NCBI GenBank assembly: GCA_001244265.2
Contig: CDLV01000005.1
Location: forward strand, 744,001 to 808,000
Source of the DNA: Microbotryum violaceum
Taxonomy: Eukaryota
Length of the DNA stretch: 64,000 bases
Reading direction: 5' to 3'
The notes below the pieces were generated by a model. That model had not been told where the DNA came from. It was given only the letters and a program-made list of their open reading frames with translations, and made no database searches. Shown here one piece after another: positions 26,724 to 40,362 of this stretch (the stretch's first letter is position 1; each line of letters starts with the position of its first letter). Position numbers and translations under genes: made by a program.

Positions 26724-28230
26724 TCAGTGCTGGTCAAATTCTCCTGCCCGTCGCTTCTGCAAGAACTCGCGGTATGGTGGGGCAGTCGGTGCTTGGATAG
26801 GGTCTTTGGATAGAGTCGACGAGAACGAGTTGCCGTAGTGTGTTTCGGAATCGAAGCCACTGAAGGGAGCAAAAAAAAAACCCCGGTTTAGAATCAGAAT
26901 TTCGAAAGTGAACGGCGGGGGGCGAGTTCCATGATCTCTCACCTCAAATCACCACACGCGACGAAGGGAGCGATGTATCTCATATCGCCGAGCAGATCGT
27001 TCTTTGCTCCGTCCGGGTTGAAATCGGAGGGATCGACGGGTGAAGGGGTGTAGGAGAAATCGAGCAAAGGCTTTGAGAGGTCCGGTTTGAAGCCGCTTCG
27101 GAAGCGTTCGCAGACGACGAAGGCCTCTGACGGAAATGGATCCCAAGACAGTCATACGTATTAGAAGCCATGCTCGACTGACCGAAGCGTAATAGATCCC
27201 TCACTCACCCATACTGCTGTTTCGCGAACTACGAGGTTTGGCGCACGTGACGTTTTCGAAGAAGCACCGCAGTTGATCATAGAGCAAGGTCACGTCCCTG
27301 CCTCGGAAGATCTTGGCGACGAACGTTCCCCCCGGTTGGAGAACGTGAAGGGTGATATTGAGAGCCTGGGAAGATGGTCATAGGATGAGTACACTGTAAG
27401 AGCGGGAGACGACAAATCTGTTTCTCGGCGACTTACCGCGAGAAGGAGTTGCGCTTGAACGAACTCGTCGAGATCGTGAAGACCTGTCACTATAAGACCG
27501 GGAAGCAGTCTGGTCAGAACTATGCCGGATACCAATCCTTCCAGCCTTGGGCTCACCATCCGGAGCTCCGTCGCACACGACAAGATCTGCCAATCCACCT
27601 TTGAAATGATCAATGATTTGGTTCGCGGTCGAGCTCTTGGTGATGTCTCCTTCGATTTGGACTACTCCGGGAAGAGGCGCCTGATAAGTTGGATTGGATC
27701 GTCAGTTTTTGAGCCAGAAAATTTGGCGCCTGTGCAGACGGATCAAACGAACCATGGGTTGCAGGTCGACGGCGACAATCGTAGCTTCTTTCGCAGAGGG
27801 ATCGCCTTCCTTCTTCTCGCTGCGGCAACGGAAGTCGTTTCGATTAGTTAAACCAGTTTTGTAGCGTCCATATCGATCACACTGACTTGAGCCTCTGGGT
27901 CAGCACCTGGGACCAGCTGCCCGGCGCGGCACACAGATCGACACATCGCTCGACGCCTTCGAATAGGTTGAATTGCTCGTCCAGATGGAGGAGCTGTTGG
28001 TTGACGAGAGTGACGATACTTGGTCAGCGGCTATACACTTTGAGTACGATCAAAGGAGGATGAGCGGACCTTGTATGCTGATCGAGCTCGATAACCTGCA
28101 AGGAGGGGGCACGTAGATCAGCAACAGCAACGGCACCGCGAAAATGACATACCGTCCTTTGTCGTGGCTTACCGTCTTCCTTGGCACTGCGAAAGAACAC
28201 GTCTCGCTTGAGTGCACTCGATTTGCCCAT
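26724..28230 (-). CDS. TRM7: tRNA 2'-O-methyltransferase Trm7 (FtsJ family), many short exons
   Basis: [85 protein letters not shown]-terminal APTAPPY. Confidence 0.93.
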
Positions 28231-28593
28231 GGTTCGATCGTTGGCCTCGACGGGTCGCCGACTGGGTGGTGGTCATTGCGAAAGCCTCACGCGCCATGAG
28301 CGACGAGAGGCCCGAGCGCGTCGAGGCATTCAAATCATTTCAGAGTGTGATCACTTTTGATGCCTTGCCGTAAGACTCGGTTGAATTTTCCTCGCCGGAT
28401 GGAGGGGGCCCTGCAGTAGGCTTACAACATTCATCTCTCTGGCAAATAATCTGCGTCATCCAGGAAAATGGGCCATAAGGCACGCCACAACCTGTGCCAG
28501 CCAGCGACGAACGGCTCCCGGGCCGATAAACAGAAGTTGCCCGGAGAGCTAAGAGCTTGCCCGACTAGTAGTGACGTGGATCTTCCTCGCCAC

Positions 28594-30629
28594 CACGTGC
28601 AAGTACGTTGGGCCAGGTACCAAGGCGAGGTCACTTGTATGAAGCTGATTTGTTCCGTTGAAATGAGATAGTGTTCGCAGTCGCCACTAGTCATTGACCC
28701 GATGAACGCCGGCGGCTTCGGCTAATCTAGCGCCAGAACCCCTATGGACAACATGGGGCAGCTTGCCAACGGGTAAAGGCATGGCATTGGCCCATTGTTG
28801 CATCGAGATCTATGACGTCGAGGCAGGTGTTTAATTAGCATCGTGTCTCGCGTGCATTGTGAGTCCCGGGAGACGAAATCCTGAGCCTCTGATCGCAAAG
28901 TTGTCCTTGGCCGAGGCGCCGCGGAGACCGCCACTGCATCGCGACGTCCGAAGCGCGCTGGCGGCTGGCCTCTGGCTACACCGGTACTTAGCGTTCAATT
29001 GGGCATGGTGAACGCCTGGGCACCTATATGTGTTCAAATGATTTGATGGAGTTTTTGGGCCGACACATTGGCGTCTAAGCCTGGCCATAGATCGATGGTG
29101 TTGCGTTCGACCGATTCGGAAAGCCCCGGCGGCGATCTCTCGCGGTCTCCGAGTCAGGCTCGACCTCAGACATTCGCCATAGGATGTACTTGCTTCACTT
29201 TCTTTTCCACGAGCTAGTAATACTGCTCGCTCAATCGAAGTGGTATCACGACAGACCCTGGAGTAGTGCAGAGATAGGTAGTCCTGGCTGGCTCCCCCGG
29301 CCTCGTGCCGGTGGCTGCTCGCGTCGCCAGCTGGGCTTGGGCGCACGCACGTGCCATCGAGAATGAGCGACCCGACCGCTTCCGAGTCTGGTCTCGAAGA
29401 GTCGTCGTGGAAATGTGTATCTCTACCTACAATAATAGTACTACCGCATGATGGATTTCGTCCGTAACGTCTTTGGGTATCCAGGTTAGACAATCGTTGC
29501 CACCTCCTTGACAATGAATAGTGCCAGAATGAAGCGGCAAACTCGGTTGGTGAAGTTCGCGACCACGGCAGCAAAGCCTACATTCGCGTACAAGAGCTAG
29601 AGGTGCGGTATCGAAACTATGCGATTCGGGTAGCTAGTCACGAAAAAGGAATAAGCACTATATGAGAGCTGGGACCAGTCACTCAGTGGGACGTTAGACA
29701 TCCTCGGCAATGGCGCGTCTCGCGTGTTACTGGCGCTGAGCTATCGCAAACTACATGCGATAGCCCTACAGTAAGCTACAGACCAGCCGTTCGACGACTT
29801 GACCGGTCTTCTCACTCGAGCTTCGAATCAAGGGGGGCCACAGCTGCATATAAAGGAAAAGTGAGCTCAGAACTCAACGCGCTCTCAGCCAGATGCCGAT
29901 AGGAGACGATGCGGTGCGCAGCGCTTCTACTATCGGGTCCACCCTCCCGGCGCGCGCCTACGAAGGAACCATTCCGCTCGGCCGCCCGGCGGCTCTGCTT
30001 TATTTAGCGCTTTTGGGCTTGAAACGGTGGGACAAATCAGAACAAGTGTGCTCTTTGAACCCAGTGGGCTTGGCGAACCACCGGCGAACCACCGATGGCA
30101 CGGGACTTTGGATGCATTGGGCGAGACTGATTCGAGATGAGAGGGGTGGGTCCGATCGACCATCCGCGAGGGCGTCTGAGCCAATCAGAGCGCGGCGTTA
30201 AATGTCTTGGCGCACGTTTCATCTTGTCGTCGCCTGCGCGCGCGCCGGCGCGTGCCACTGCTGCCGAATCAGCGCACGTTCCGTCGGTTCTAACAAGCCT
30301 CGATGCCAATTCAAATCCTCGGGCATGGTGCGCACAGTCGGGCTATGAAGGGTTCCCGGGTGTGATTGGCGCAGCTGTCTCCATTTCCGCATGCATTTAT
30401 GCTGACGAGTGAGAAGCCGCCACGAGGACCGAGAGCGACGCCCAATCTAGGCTGCTTGCAGGGAGGTTCCGTGCCTCGTTCCGAGAATTTTGTTGCGAAG
30501 ACGCCCGCCGGGCGGGCCGATGGAGGGATCGGAGGCCATGAGAGGCCATGTCTTGCAACTCAAATTGGGTGCGACGGCTTTTTCCTCCTCCTCTCTTTCC
30601 CTCCCTCTCTTTCCTCATCCGACCACGTT
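28594..30629 (+). promoter_or_regulatory. Candidate Pho4-type E-boxes upstream of PHO84
   Basis: CACGTG at 28594 and 29348; CACGTT at 30213, 30275 and 30624; CCAAT at 30181. Confidence 0.45.
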
Positions 30630-30829
30630 CTGCTCGACTCTTGGCGACCGCTTCAACTAGTCAACTCACCCCGGCCCAAGTTTTGAAACTCTTTCGGGTC
30701 TCCTTTCCTCTCTCTCTCCTGATCGACTCTGCCAGACTTGCCGTCCCCCGCTCCCAGGCTCAGCCCGAATTTGCTCCCTTCGTCTTTCTCCTTCTACCCT
30801 TTCGCCACCTTTGGAAACCATTTGTCGCC

Positions 30830-32807
30830 ATGTCTGTCGAGCTCAGCCACGAGAAGATTACCGATGACGGTTCCGACCTCATTAACTCGGCCGTCGACCT
30901 CAACGCCCGTCGCCGTGCTGCGCTCGAGGCGCTTGACAACAAGCCTTTCGGCTGGTTCCACGTCAAGGCGTGCTTAGTCGCCGGTGTCGGGTTCTACACC
31001 GATGCTTACGATGTGAGTTTTTCATTTTCTACTCTCGCTGAGATCAGCCTACTGGAAAATGCCCAATCGTCGGATAAACCGAGGCCCGGTGTCTGGTGTA
31101 GCCGGCCTTCCTCAGGCTTCGAACTCTGACGCCGAACGAGGCGGCACATTCGGGCTTTGAAACTGACCTAAGCGCCTTCGTGCTTCTCCTATCCGCTAGA
31201 TTTTCGCCATCAACTTGGCCTCGACGATGATCGGAGTGAGTCGCTTTTTGCATTTCCTTTCAGTCGTAAACCCGAGTTGCGGTGTCTGAGCACGTCATAG
31301 ACTTTGTCACCATCAACAGTACGTCTACCGACCCATCACCCTCGCCAAGCCCCGTGGAGCGCTTACGGCCAACCAAGATCTCGGTCTCAAGGTCGCCACG
31401 CCCGTCGGCACCTTGCTCGGTCAACTCGGCTTTGGTGTAAGTCATATAGCATTTAAAATGAAACTCACGGTGATTGACATGACCACTACTCCACAGTACC
31501 TTGCCGATGTGTACGGTCGCAAGAAGATGTACGGCATTGAGCTCATGGTCATCATCATCGCCACCGTCGGCCAAGCCGTCGCCGGTCGAGGCCCCGGTAT
31601 CTCCCTCCTCGGCGTCCTCATCTTCTGGCGAGTACTCATGGGTATCGGAATTGGTGGCGACTACCCTCTTTCCGCCACCATCACGTCCGAGTTCGCTGCG
31701 ACACGCATCCGTGGTCGCATGATGACTGCCGTCTTTGCCTCGCAAGGATGGGGACAGCTCTCGGCCGCCCTCGTCTCGCTCGTCTGCCTTGCCGCATTCA
31801 AGAAGCAAATCTTGGCCGATGACCCTCTCTACCCCCGCCATCTCGACTTTGTTTGGCGATTGCTCATCGGTCTCGGCGCTGTCCCCGGTGGTGTCGCCCT
31901 CTACTTCCGTCTCACGATCCCCGAGACCCCTCGCTTCACCATGGACATCGAGCGCAACGTCAAGCAAGCCTCGACTGACGTCGATGCCTTCCTCTCGACC
32001 GGTGGCTACGTTCACGACTACGAACAACCCCAGGCCGTTAAGGTTGAGGCCCCCGTCGCCAGCCGCCGTGACTTCATTGCCCACTTCTCCAAGTGGGAGA
32101 ACGGCAAGGTCCTTCTCGGCTGCGCCTACTCGTGGTTTGCCCTCGATGTCGCCTTTTACGGTCTCGGTCTCAACTCGTCCATCATTCTCGGAGCCATCGG
32201 CTACGGCAACGTCAGCAGCGGAACCCCCCAATTCATCCGTTACCAGACCCTTCACAATCTCTCGATCGGCAACATCATCCTGTCCGTGGCCGGTCTCATC
32301 CCGGGCTACTGGGTCTCCTTCCTCTTCATCGACTCGTGGGGCCGCAAGCCCATCCAGATCATGGGCTTCTGCTTCCTCGTCGTCACTCTCTCAGCCATGG
32401 GTTTCGGTTACCACAAGCTCAAGGACAACGCCCCCGGTGCTTTCGTCGCTCTCTATTGCCTCACCAACTTTTTCCAGAACTTTGGCCCCAACACCACGAC
32501 CTTCGTCGTCCCCGGTGAGGTCTTCCCTACCCGATACCGTTCGACCGCGCACGGTATCAGTGCCGCCTCGGGCAAGTTTGGTGCCATTGTTGCTCAGATC
32601 ATGGCTTTCAAGCTCAAGGACCGTGGAGGAGCCCCCGGTTCCAACAACTGGGTCAACCACGTGCTCCAGATCTTTGCGCTCTTCATGCTCACGGGTCTTT
32701 TCTCGACTTTCCTCATTCCCGAGACCAAGGGCAAGTCACTCGAGGAGCTCTCCAACGAGCCACAAGACGAGTTCATTGCCCCTCCCAAGGCTTCTGCCCG
32801 TGTCTAA
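30830..32807 (+). CDS. PHO84: High-affinity phosphate:H+ symporter (MFS)
   Basis: VAGVGFYTDAYD|IFAINL, GIGIGGDYPLSA, RRLTIPETPRF-type motif (FRLTIPETPRF), FFQNFGPNTTTF, EVFPTRYRSTAHGISAASGK, IPETKGKSLEEL. Confidence 0.96.
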
Positions 32808-33630
32808 GAAAAGAGGGTGTCGATTCCGACCATCTTGGTTTCACTTCTTGCGCCCGTCGTCCAGTCATGGGGGGTTCCACCGTAATGCGTGTGTTTAGGT
32901 CTGCGTGTGGTTCGGGCACGATCTAACTTTTCGTGTCACATAGTAATATTAGTTATAGATTGACTGTTTGCTCTGCCAGTATCCAGTTTCCAAATTTCGT
33001 CTGAATGTGGCGAGAGCGACGGCGAGGTGAGCGGCTTATAAGTGCTGCGCATGCGCGGTCCCCATAGCCTCATTTGCCTCGTCTTTACAAGAGATATAGT
33101 ACAGACGCTGGCGGTACCCGTGGATCCCTCGTCCACACGCGATGCCAGAGGTCAATCAAGACTGGCACGGTCGCGAGAAATTCGACTTGTAGGCGTCGGT
33201 GGAGGCCCACAAGGACGAACACGATGCCGGTTCTTCGAGAGTCGCCGAAGACGACGCTAGGGATGCTTGGTACCAGAAGCGTGAGAGTCCCTTGCCGGCT
33301 ACGAAAGAGAGGGTCCACGCCGACTCAGAAGAGGCGATCCACCAAGAGATTGAAAAACTTGCAACATCAAAGCGAGAACTATTCAAGTGATCGTCAAGCT
33401 CCCCAAGTTACTTCTCACCCCCGATAAGCCCAAATACGAAGGTGGAGCCTCGCGGATAACGAGTCGATTGTCGCGACGGGCCGGTAAACGGTCCCGTCGC
33501 CGTCGCTACTACGACCAAGAGAGCACCACAGAATCTGCCCACGGTTCGCGAGCGTCGTCCTTATGCTAGGGCACAATTATTTCGACGTTGCACGTTCATC
33601 TAAGGAGACACTTCATATAATTCCCTTCAT

Positions 33631-36600
33631 CTAAAGTTCATCCTTCTCGTTCGACAAGTTAGTCGCCTCCTCGAAGCAAACGGCGGGTGTGTTGATCTTG
33701 AACAGATACAAGCACTTGTCCGGTTCGGTCACCGACACGAGCTCGTTCTTCGTCCCACAGGTCAGTAAAACCCTCGACGATCGCACGGGTCCATTCCAGC
33801 ATCGCGCTCCTTCGCTGTAGCTCTGTTCAAGATAGTACTCGTCCGTTCCGACGGTCGCGGTCGGGGACCAGCCGGAGAAGGTGCCAAGTGACGTCGGCAC
33901 ACCGTGTTGAATCTGTTCAGCCTTGTCTAAGAAGCAGACCTTGTACTCGAACCTGTGATTTTATAGGACAAGTACGATGAGTGATCTAGTGACACTGTGA
34001 TCAAATGCTCGAAGCATAACTCGCCCTCCGTGATCTTTCTCAAGACATGTTTCGGCCAGCTTTTTCCATTCCCAATCGCGTCCGTAGTCGCGGTTGAGGT
34101 CGCCCTGCGCCGACGAGATGCGCTCTTCAAGTCGACCCTTCTCATCTACCAAAGCGCTGACAGCCGCGCGTGCAGACGTCAATTCTACCAAGATTTGCAT
34201 GTACTGTCAATAACGGTACGCGGAAAGGGAAGCAGCGCCGTTCGAATGTACTCACCAGCCGTTTCGGCACCCTCCGTCGACGCGGAAGGGTAGATGATGC
34301 CCGTGCCGGCGAGCACATCCATCAAGCTCTTCTTGAAGGCATCGTAGCGCGGCTTGAACTTGTCAGGGATGTACTCGCCGATGTCGAAGACTGCGCCAAA
34401 CACGAGATAACGTGAGCATGTAGGAGCTTGCACCCACACGCTTGCCCATATTCCAAAACTTACTCGTCGAGGAAGAGCTCGGAACAACCCGCTCGCCAAC
34501 GCGAGTCGACAAGCTATCGATGAGGTTGAGCGGGTCCTCGTTGCGCAGCGCATTAAGTTGGTCATCGGACATGTCGTCTATGTCGTTGGCGACGGCGACC
34601 TGGAGGATCTCGCCTTCGATTTGGTAGGGTTTGCCATTTTCGTCGAGGAGGTTGTTCGTCGTTTGCCATTCCTTGAACGCTCGAGTGGCGCCGAGGACGG
34701 CCATGTCTTGGTAGTTGGGATTGAAGTCGCGCTGCACACAAGTAAGCACGAACGGAATAAGAGTCAGCCAATGTTCTGTATTTCCCACGAAGTCCGCACG
34801 ATGAACTCACCGAAAGATCCGCCAACACCCCACTCAGTTCGACGATATGCCCTTCGAATTTCTGACGATGTTTCTGCAGAGCCTCGATCGCATGCTGCAT
34901 CTCGACGATCTTCTCATACAACAAGCTCTCCTTCTTGCGCTGAATATCCCCCGCCGCCTCATTCTCCAATCTCTCCAAAGTGGCTTGCGACGACTGTTGC
35001 TTGGCCGTCAATCGTTCGAGTTCTTTTTGGCCCTTTTCGATCTCATCCTGTAGCCTCCCTTTTTCCTTGACGCCGAATTTGATGTAGTCCCGACGAATCG
35101 CAGCGCCAACACGCTGCTTCCTCTTCTTTTCCGCCATGATCCTCGCGTTCTCCCTTGCGAGCTCAGCACAAAAGTTACCGCACTTGGCTTTGCCGTCCGT
35201 TTCGTCCGAACCGTCACAGCATTCAGGATCGCAAATCCCGTCGTTGACGCGCGAACGAAGGATACAGTTGGGTGTGAAACCTTGATTCTGGCAGTAGAAC
35301 TGACCGGGGGCGCATTCGGGAGATTGCAAGCGAGCTTCATGGTCGATGGCAGGAACGGTCGGGCAGGCGTTGCCTCCAAAGTCGAGGGTGATGTCCCAGT
35401 CTTGCACGACGAGCGCTCCGGCATCTTTGATGACGAGTTCGGTCGAACGTCTTCCACTGCGTCGACGAGCATTCGAGGCAGCCAGGCCGTCTATCCAGTC
35501 GAATTCGAGGCCTTGTTGCGTACCCGCGAGTCGGACACAGGTAGGTTTGCTCGCGAGACCGAGGACGCGGATCTCTCGAACGACGACATCCTCGATCTTC
35601 TTGGCCCAGGCGTTGGAGGTCGCATCGTACTTTTGCAAGCCAACGGCGGACGGGTCGACGAGTGAGCGCGAAGAGAGGACGAGGGACTTGCTGTCCGGCG
35701 ACGCAGGGGCGAGCTGGAAACCTCGGTGGACAAAGTCGCCTTTTTCGTGGTCGAAGGACTCGCCATCGTCGAGGTAGAGCGAACCCTCGGCCTGGGTGCC
35801 GGTCAAGTCGACGGCAACGACGAGGGTGATGGGGTCCTTCCACATCAAGATCGACGAACGACGAACAAGATCGCGGCGAGGGAAGATGGAACCACCACGG
35901 TGGAAGAGAGGGGTCGAATCGAGCGGCGCGGCGACCTTGATCATCGTTCCACCCGACGCGACACCGAAATAAAGATCGTGGTTGAAGTAGTGGTAGTAAG
36001 GCTGATCGTCGGAGATGTAGACTTCGGCTTGCGTCACCCCCTCGTGGACGACGGGTTTGGCCAACAATCCGGTCGAACCGAGGTAGAACTGATCCTCCAT
36101 GTCGAAACCCTTGGGATCGTTGGGAAAGACGACGTACTGTGGACGCAAAATGGGGATACCCGTGCGACTCGCTTCGTAAAAGGCCGTGTACATCGCCGGT
36201 AAGATCTTGTACCTCAGGCGAATTGATTCGCGCATCATCGAGCGGTAAGGCTCGGCAAAGAGGTAAGGTTCGCGACGCTTGGTGTCGAGATGACCGTGGG
36301 CGCGGAAGAAGGGTGAGAGGGCGCCGACTTGGTACCAACGCGTCATCATCTCTTCGGAGGGGTCGCCAAAGAAACCTCCCGTGTCCGAGCCGGCGAAGGT
36401 CATGCCCGCGATACCGTTTGTCAGCAGCATCGGCAGCGTTGATTGAAGATGTGACCAACGGCCGAGGTTATCACCGGTCCACATGGCGCCGAAGCGTTGA
36501 GAACCCGCGAAGAAGGCGCGCGTGAGCACGAAGGGGCGCCTGGGCACGGGTTCACGCTCGAGCAAACCCCGGGCGGTGATGTTTTGCTGTGGGTGGAAGG

Positions 36601-38784
36601 AGTCTCGGCAGTCAATGATCGCTCGATCGCCCCGATCAGCTACGACGACTCCGGAGAACGTACGTAGAGCATGCCGTTGATGTTGTGCACATCGCGATGT
36701 TCCCATCCTCCGTAGTGGATCGCATCCTTGTGCATGGTAATCTCGGGTCCGTCAAAGACCGAAGGCTAAGGTAGGCGGGCATCGAGGACAAGTTAGTTGC
36801 TACTCCAGATGCTCACTCGCCGACGACCGCGAGACCCACCTCGTTCATATCGTTCCAAATGTACAAATTCTTGGTCGAGCCGACGAACTTGTCGAACCTG
36901 AACAACGAAACCCACCAGTCCCAACTCTTGGGATGGAAGAAATCGACCCAAGCCGAGTCGCCGGTCCAGCACCATCCGCGAAACTCGTTGCCGTCGCGGT
37001 CCTTGCACAGCACGTCGAGATCTTGCGCTTCTTTGTAGACGTGGAGCGACGAGGTGCGCTTGATGTGCGGGTCGACGATCGCGACGAGCTGGAGATACTC
37101 AGATACACAAGAGATCAACGATTCAAGTCACCGCGAGTCCGTGTTGTCAATGGTCAGGCTCACCTGACGCCCTCGATCGACCAATTTCTGCTGCATCTTT
37201 TCAGGGGTGGGGAAGTAGTCCTTGTTCCAAATAAAGTACTTGTGCTCCTCGGCGTACTCGATATCGAGCCACATGACGTCCATGGGGATGTCGAACTCGT
37301 CAAACTTGGTCTGCACTTCCTGCACGTCCTCTTCATTGACATAATTCCATCGACATTGGTGGTATGCGGTAGCGAAGTATTGTGGCATGGGAATCTTGCC
37401 CGTCAAGGTCGTGTATTGGTCAAAGATGTCGAGCGACGAAGGCCCCAAGAAGACGAAAAGGTCCAAGATGCCCGATTCGGCGATCCAATGCGTCGACGTT
37501 GTGACCGGAGAAGGACCCGCATCCGTCGACGCGCCGTCCTTGGTCCTCTTCTTGAAGGCCGAGGTAATACGCTTAGGGGTCGAGCTCTTGGTGATGTCGA
37601 TCCACATCTCGGATCCGATGGCGGCAAAGACGGCGACGGTCGATCCGGCGCGGTGGGCCTTCATGAAGGGGATCGAGCCGTAGATGGCCATCTCCGAGTC
37701 TGCGTCGTATTCAAAGACGTCGAGGTTGTAGAGGCGGTAAGGGTCGGTGTAAGCGTTCGTGCCACCCCTGTGTTGGGTTGTTCGGTTAGTTTGGAGGGGC
37801 TGCTCTCTTTGAGCTCGTTGCAGATGCGCTGACGTACCTGGTCTGCTTGAGACTCAGCGTCGAGGCATGTTGGGGAATACCATAGACGTGTTCGTAACCA
37901 AGGAAGTTGATGTCGAGACTGAGCGATTCGGGGCCTGTTTCCGTGCGCGGGCAAGCCAAGTTTTAGCCGAGTGCAAATCTAGCGCGTAAGGATGCGCACT
38001 CACCCTTGGGCTTGGAGTCTTGTTTGCCATTGAAACTCTCCTCCCACATGCCGTCGTCGCTGGTGGGTAAGAAGCCCGGGTAGGCCTTGTCGGGTACAAT
38101 GACGGTCTGTTCGGTCGGATGGTCCGGGTCCTGAATGACGACCTCGCCCTGGTCCTGGCCGGCGATAGGTTTGACGCGAAAGTGTTCCATGTTGAACAAG
38201 CCCCTCTCGTTCAGGACGATGTGGGGTTGTCCATCGCGAAGGAAGGTGATGAGCAATGGATCGTGTTGGACCTGGACCTGTTGGTCGTGTTGGGGCGGAC
38301 CGTACGAGATGGTCGATTGCTTGGCATCGATCTCGACCGAATAATGAGCGTCGTCGAGATCAAGAACCGGTTCTTGCACCAAGGCCCAAGAAGCGGTCTC
38401 ATTGTACCTCTGCCTCAATCCATCGACCTCGTCGACGATCACGCGCGCCAAGCCATCGTTCTGGAAGCGGATCTCGAGCCGGAAGCCGATTAAAGGGAAC
38501 AGGGCGTTTTTGACCGACGCGATGTAGCGCCCTGCCTCGAAGCGGGGCGGGCTAGCGATCGAGTAGGGCGATTTCCAAGTAGAGGAAGCGTCGATGGCTC
38601 GGTCGGCGAGTTGTCGGTTGCGATTGCAGAAGCCGGATTGCTCGCACGTCTTAAAGTCCTGCTTCTTGACCGCGATAACGAGGTCCACGCTGGTGATCGC
38701 GGCCCACACGAGCAGCAGCACAGAGAGGCGACGGGACCAGGTGGAAGACGGCTCTGTCCTGGCCGTGGGTCGCGTTCGTGCCAT
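33631..38784 (-). CDS. ER glucosidase II alpha-beta fusion protein: signal peptide + GH31 alpha subunit + LDLa-like/coiled-coil/MRH beta subunit + KDEL
   Basis: Alpha: [76 protein letters not shown]. Beta, same frame: FYCQNQG...[61 protein letters not shown]...TPAVC, ending EKDEL-stop. Confidence 0.9.
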
Positions 38785-39226
38785 GGTCGTTGGGGGTGGG
38801 GCAGAGTAGAGTCTCCGGGGTTCGATGTAGCGCACGCGAGTGGGTGAAACGTGGCAATTCGCGCAGAGCCAAGCCAGTCAGTGCCGCTTGCCGGCCACGT
38901 CGACGGACGTCGACCGCACCTGGCCAGGCCTGGCCCAGCGGAGCACTGCGGAGCATTATCGATCCGCACCGGGAGCCGCCAAGGGGCACACCGCATTGCA
39001 GAGGATTACATGAGATTACATGAGGGTGTAGAAAATACCAAGGACTGAACTTTTCGGCTACGACTCGGGCTGGAAAAGTCGATCATCATTTCCCTTTATT
39101 TCGGGGGGCCAACTCCTCCGCAGTTCCTCCGGTCCCCGTGCTCGTCCCGTCCTCGCGGTGCTCGAGTCTTTGCCCTCTCTTCGCCTCAATCGACACCCAC
39201 CCTGACCCTCCCCCCCGACACAGCCC

Positions 39227-40362
39227 ATGGCGATTTCGCACCACTCCCACTCGGGCCAGTTCTGCCTCCACGCCAATGGGACGCTCGAACAAGTCGTCCA
39301 GACCGCGATCGCAAAAGGGTTCACCACCTTTGGCTTGACCGAACATGTGCCCAGGTCAAGAGTGCAGGATTTGTATCCCGAGGAGGTGAGTGATGGCAGC
39401 TCATCGGTGTACTCGAACTACACCGAGCTGGACGCTGACTCTCTCTCTCTCGCCCATACCTCCGCCCCCACCCGGACGACCCCCACTTTTTTTGCAAAAA
39501 AGGCCGACCTCACCCCCGAGGACCTCACCACCACGTTCGCCTCCTACCTCGCCGAAGCCCAACGACTCCAGATTCACTATTCCGCCCAAATCACCCTCCT
39601 CATAGGCCTCGAAACCGAATCCATACACCCTCTCACCCTAGATGAACTCGAATTTCTCCTTTCGGACCCGTCAAGTCCGATCCAATACCTCGTCGGTTCG
39701 ATCCACCACGTTTCCGAGACACCCATCGATTTCGATCAACGAACGTACCATACCCTCCTCTCCTCCCTCCCCGCTCCCACGAGCGAGACTCGACTCATTC
39801 TCCTGTTCTCCTCCTACTTTGACGCGCAATACGACCTTCTCGTGCGGTTCAAACCCGAAGTGATAGGCCATTTCGATCTGTGTCGGTTGTATGACCCCGA
39901 TCAACAGTTCAAAAAGTATCCCCAAGTTTGGGCCAAGGTTGAGAGGAATGTCAAACAGGCGATTGGGTACGGCGCCTTGTTTGAAATCAACGCTTCGGCT
40001 TTTCGGAAGGGGTGGAAGACGCCTTATCCGGGCCGGGATGTCTTTGAGGTAAGTGAGGGCAGCCTTTGCTCACGAGAAACAGAACGGACTACCTGACCCC
40101 AACAGACCCACCTCTACAGCTGATCCAATCCCTCGGCGGCCGCTTCACCCTCTCGGACGACTCGCACGGTCCTCAAGCCGTAGGACTACACTACGACCAA
40201 ACTTATTCCTATCTCGTCGAAATGGGTCTTCAAGAACTATGGCACCTTGCACCTGCACCGGTAGGATCGGCCGATTCAAACGTCTCGAGAGGTGTGGTGG
40301 CTAGGCAGATTGAAGGGAGACCTTGGGAAAAGGAGTGGAGGGATCTGTTGCAGCGAGCATAG
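39227..40362 (+). CDS. HIS2: Histidinol-phosphatase (PHP family)
   Basis: SHHSHSGQFCLHA, LTEHVPR, YLVGSIHHV, IGHFDLCRL, EINASAFRKG, FTLSDDSHG. Confidence 0.93.

Noticed and set aside
28831-29574. 247-aa minus-strand ORF upstream of PHO84
   Set aside because: Non-ATG start, Arg/Ser-rich composition and no domain motif; likely spurious.
31260-32898. Long antisense and alternate-frame ORFs over PHO84, also seen over CAP59 and glucosidase II
   Set aside because: Shadow ORFs expected from strong GC3 codon bias.
33150-33570. Two short offset ORFs suggesting a frameshifted gene fragment
   Set aside because: No recognisable motif, so no product call can be supported.
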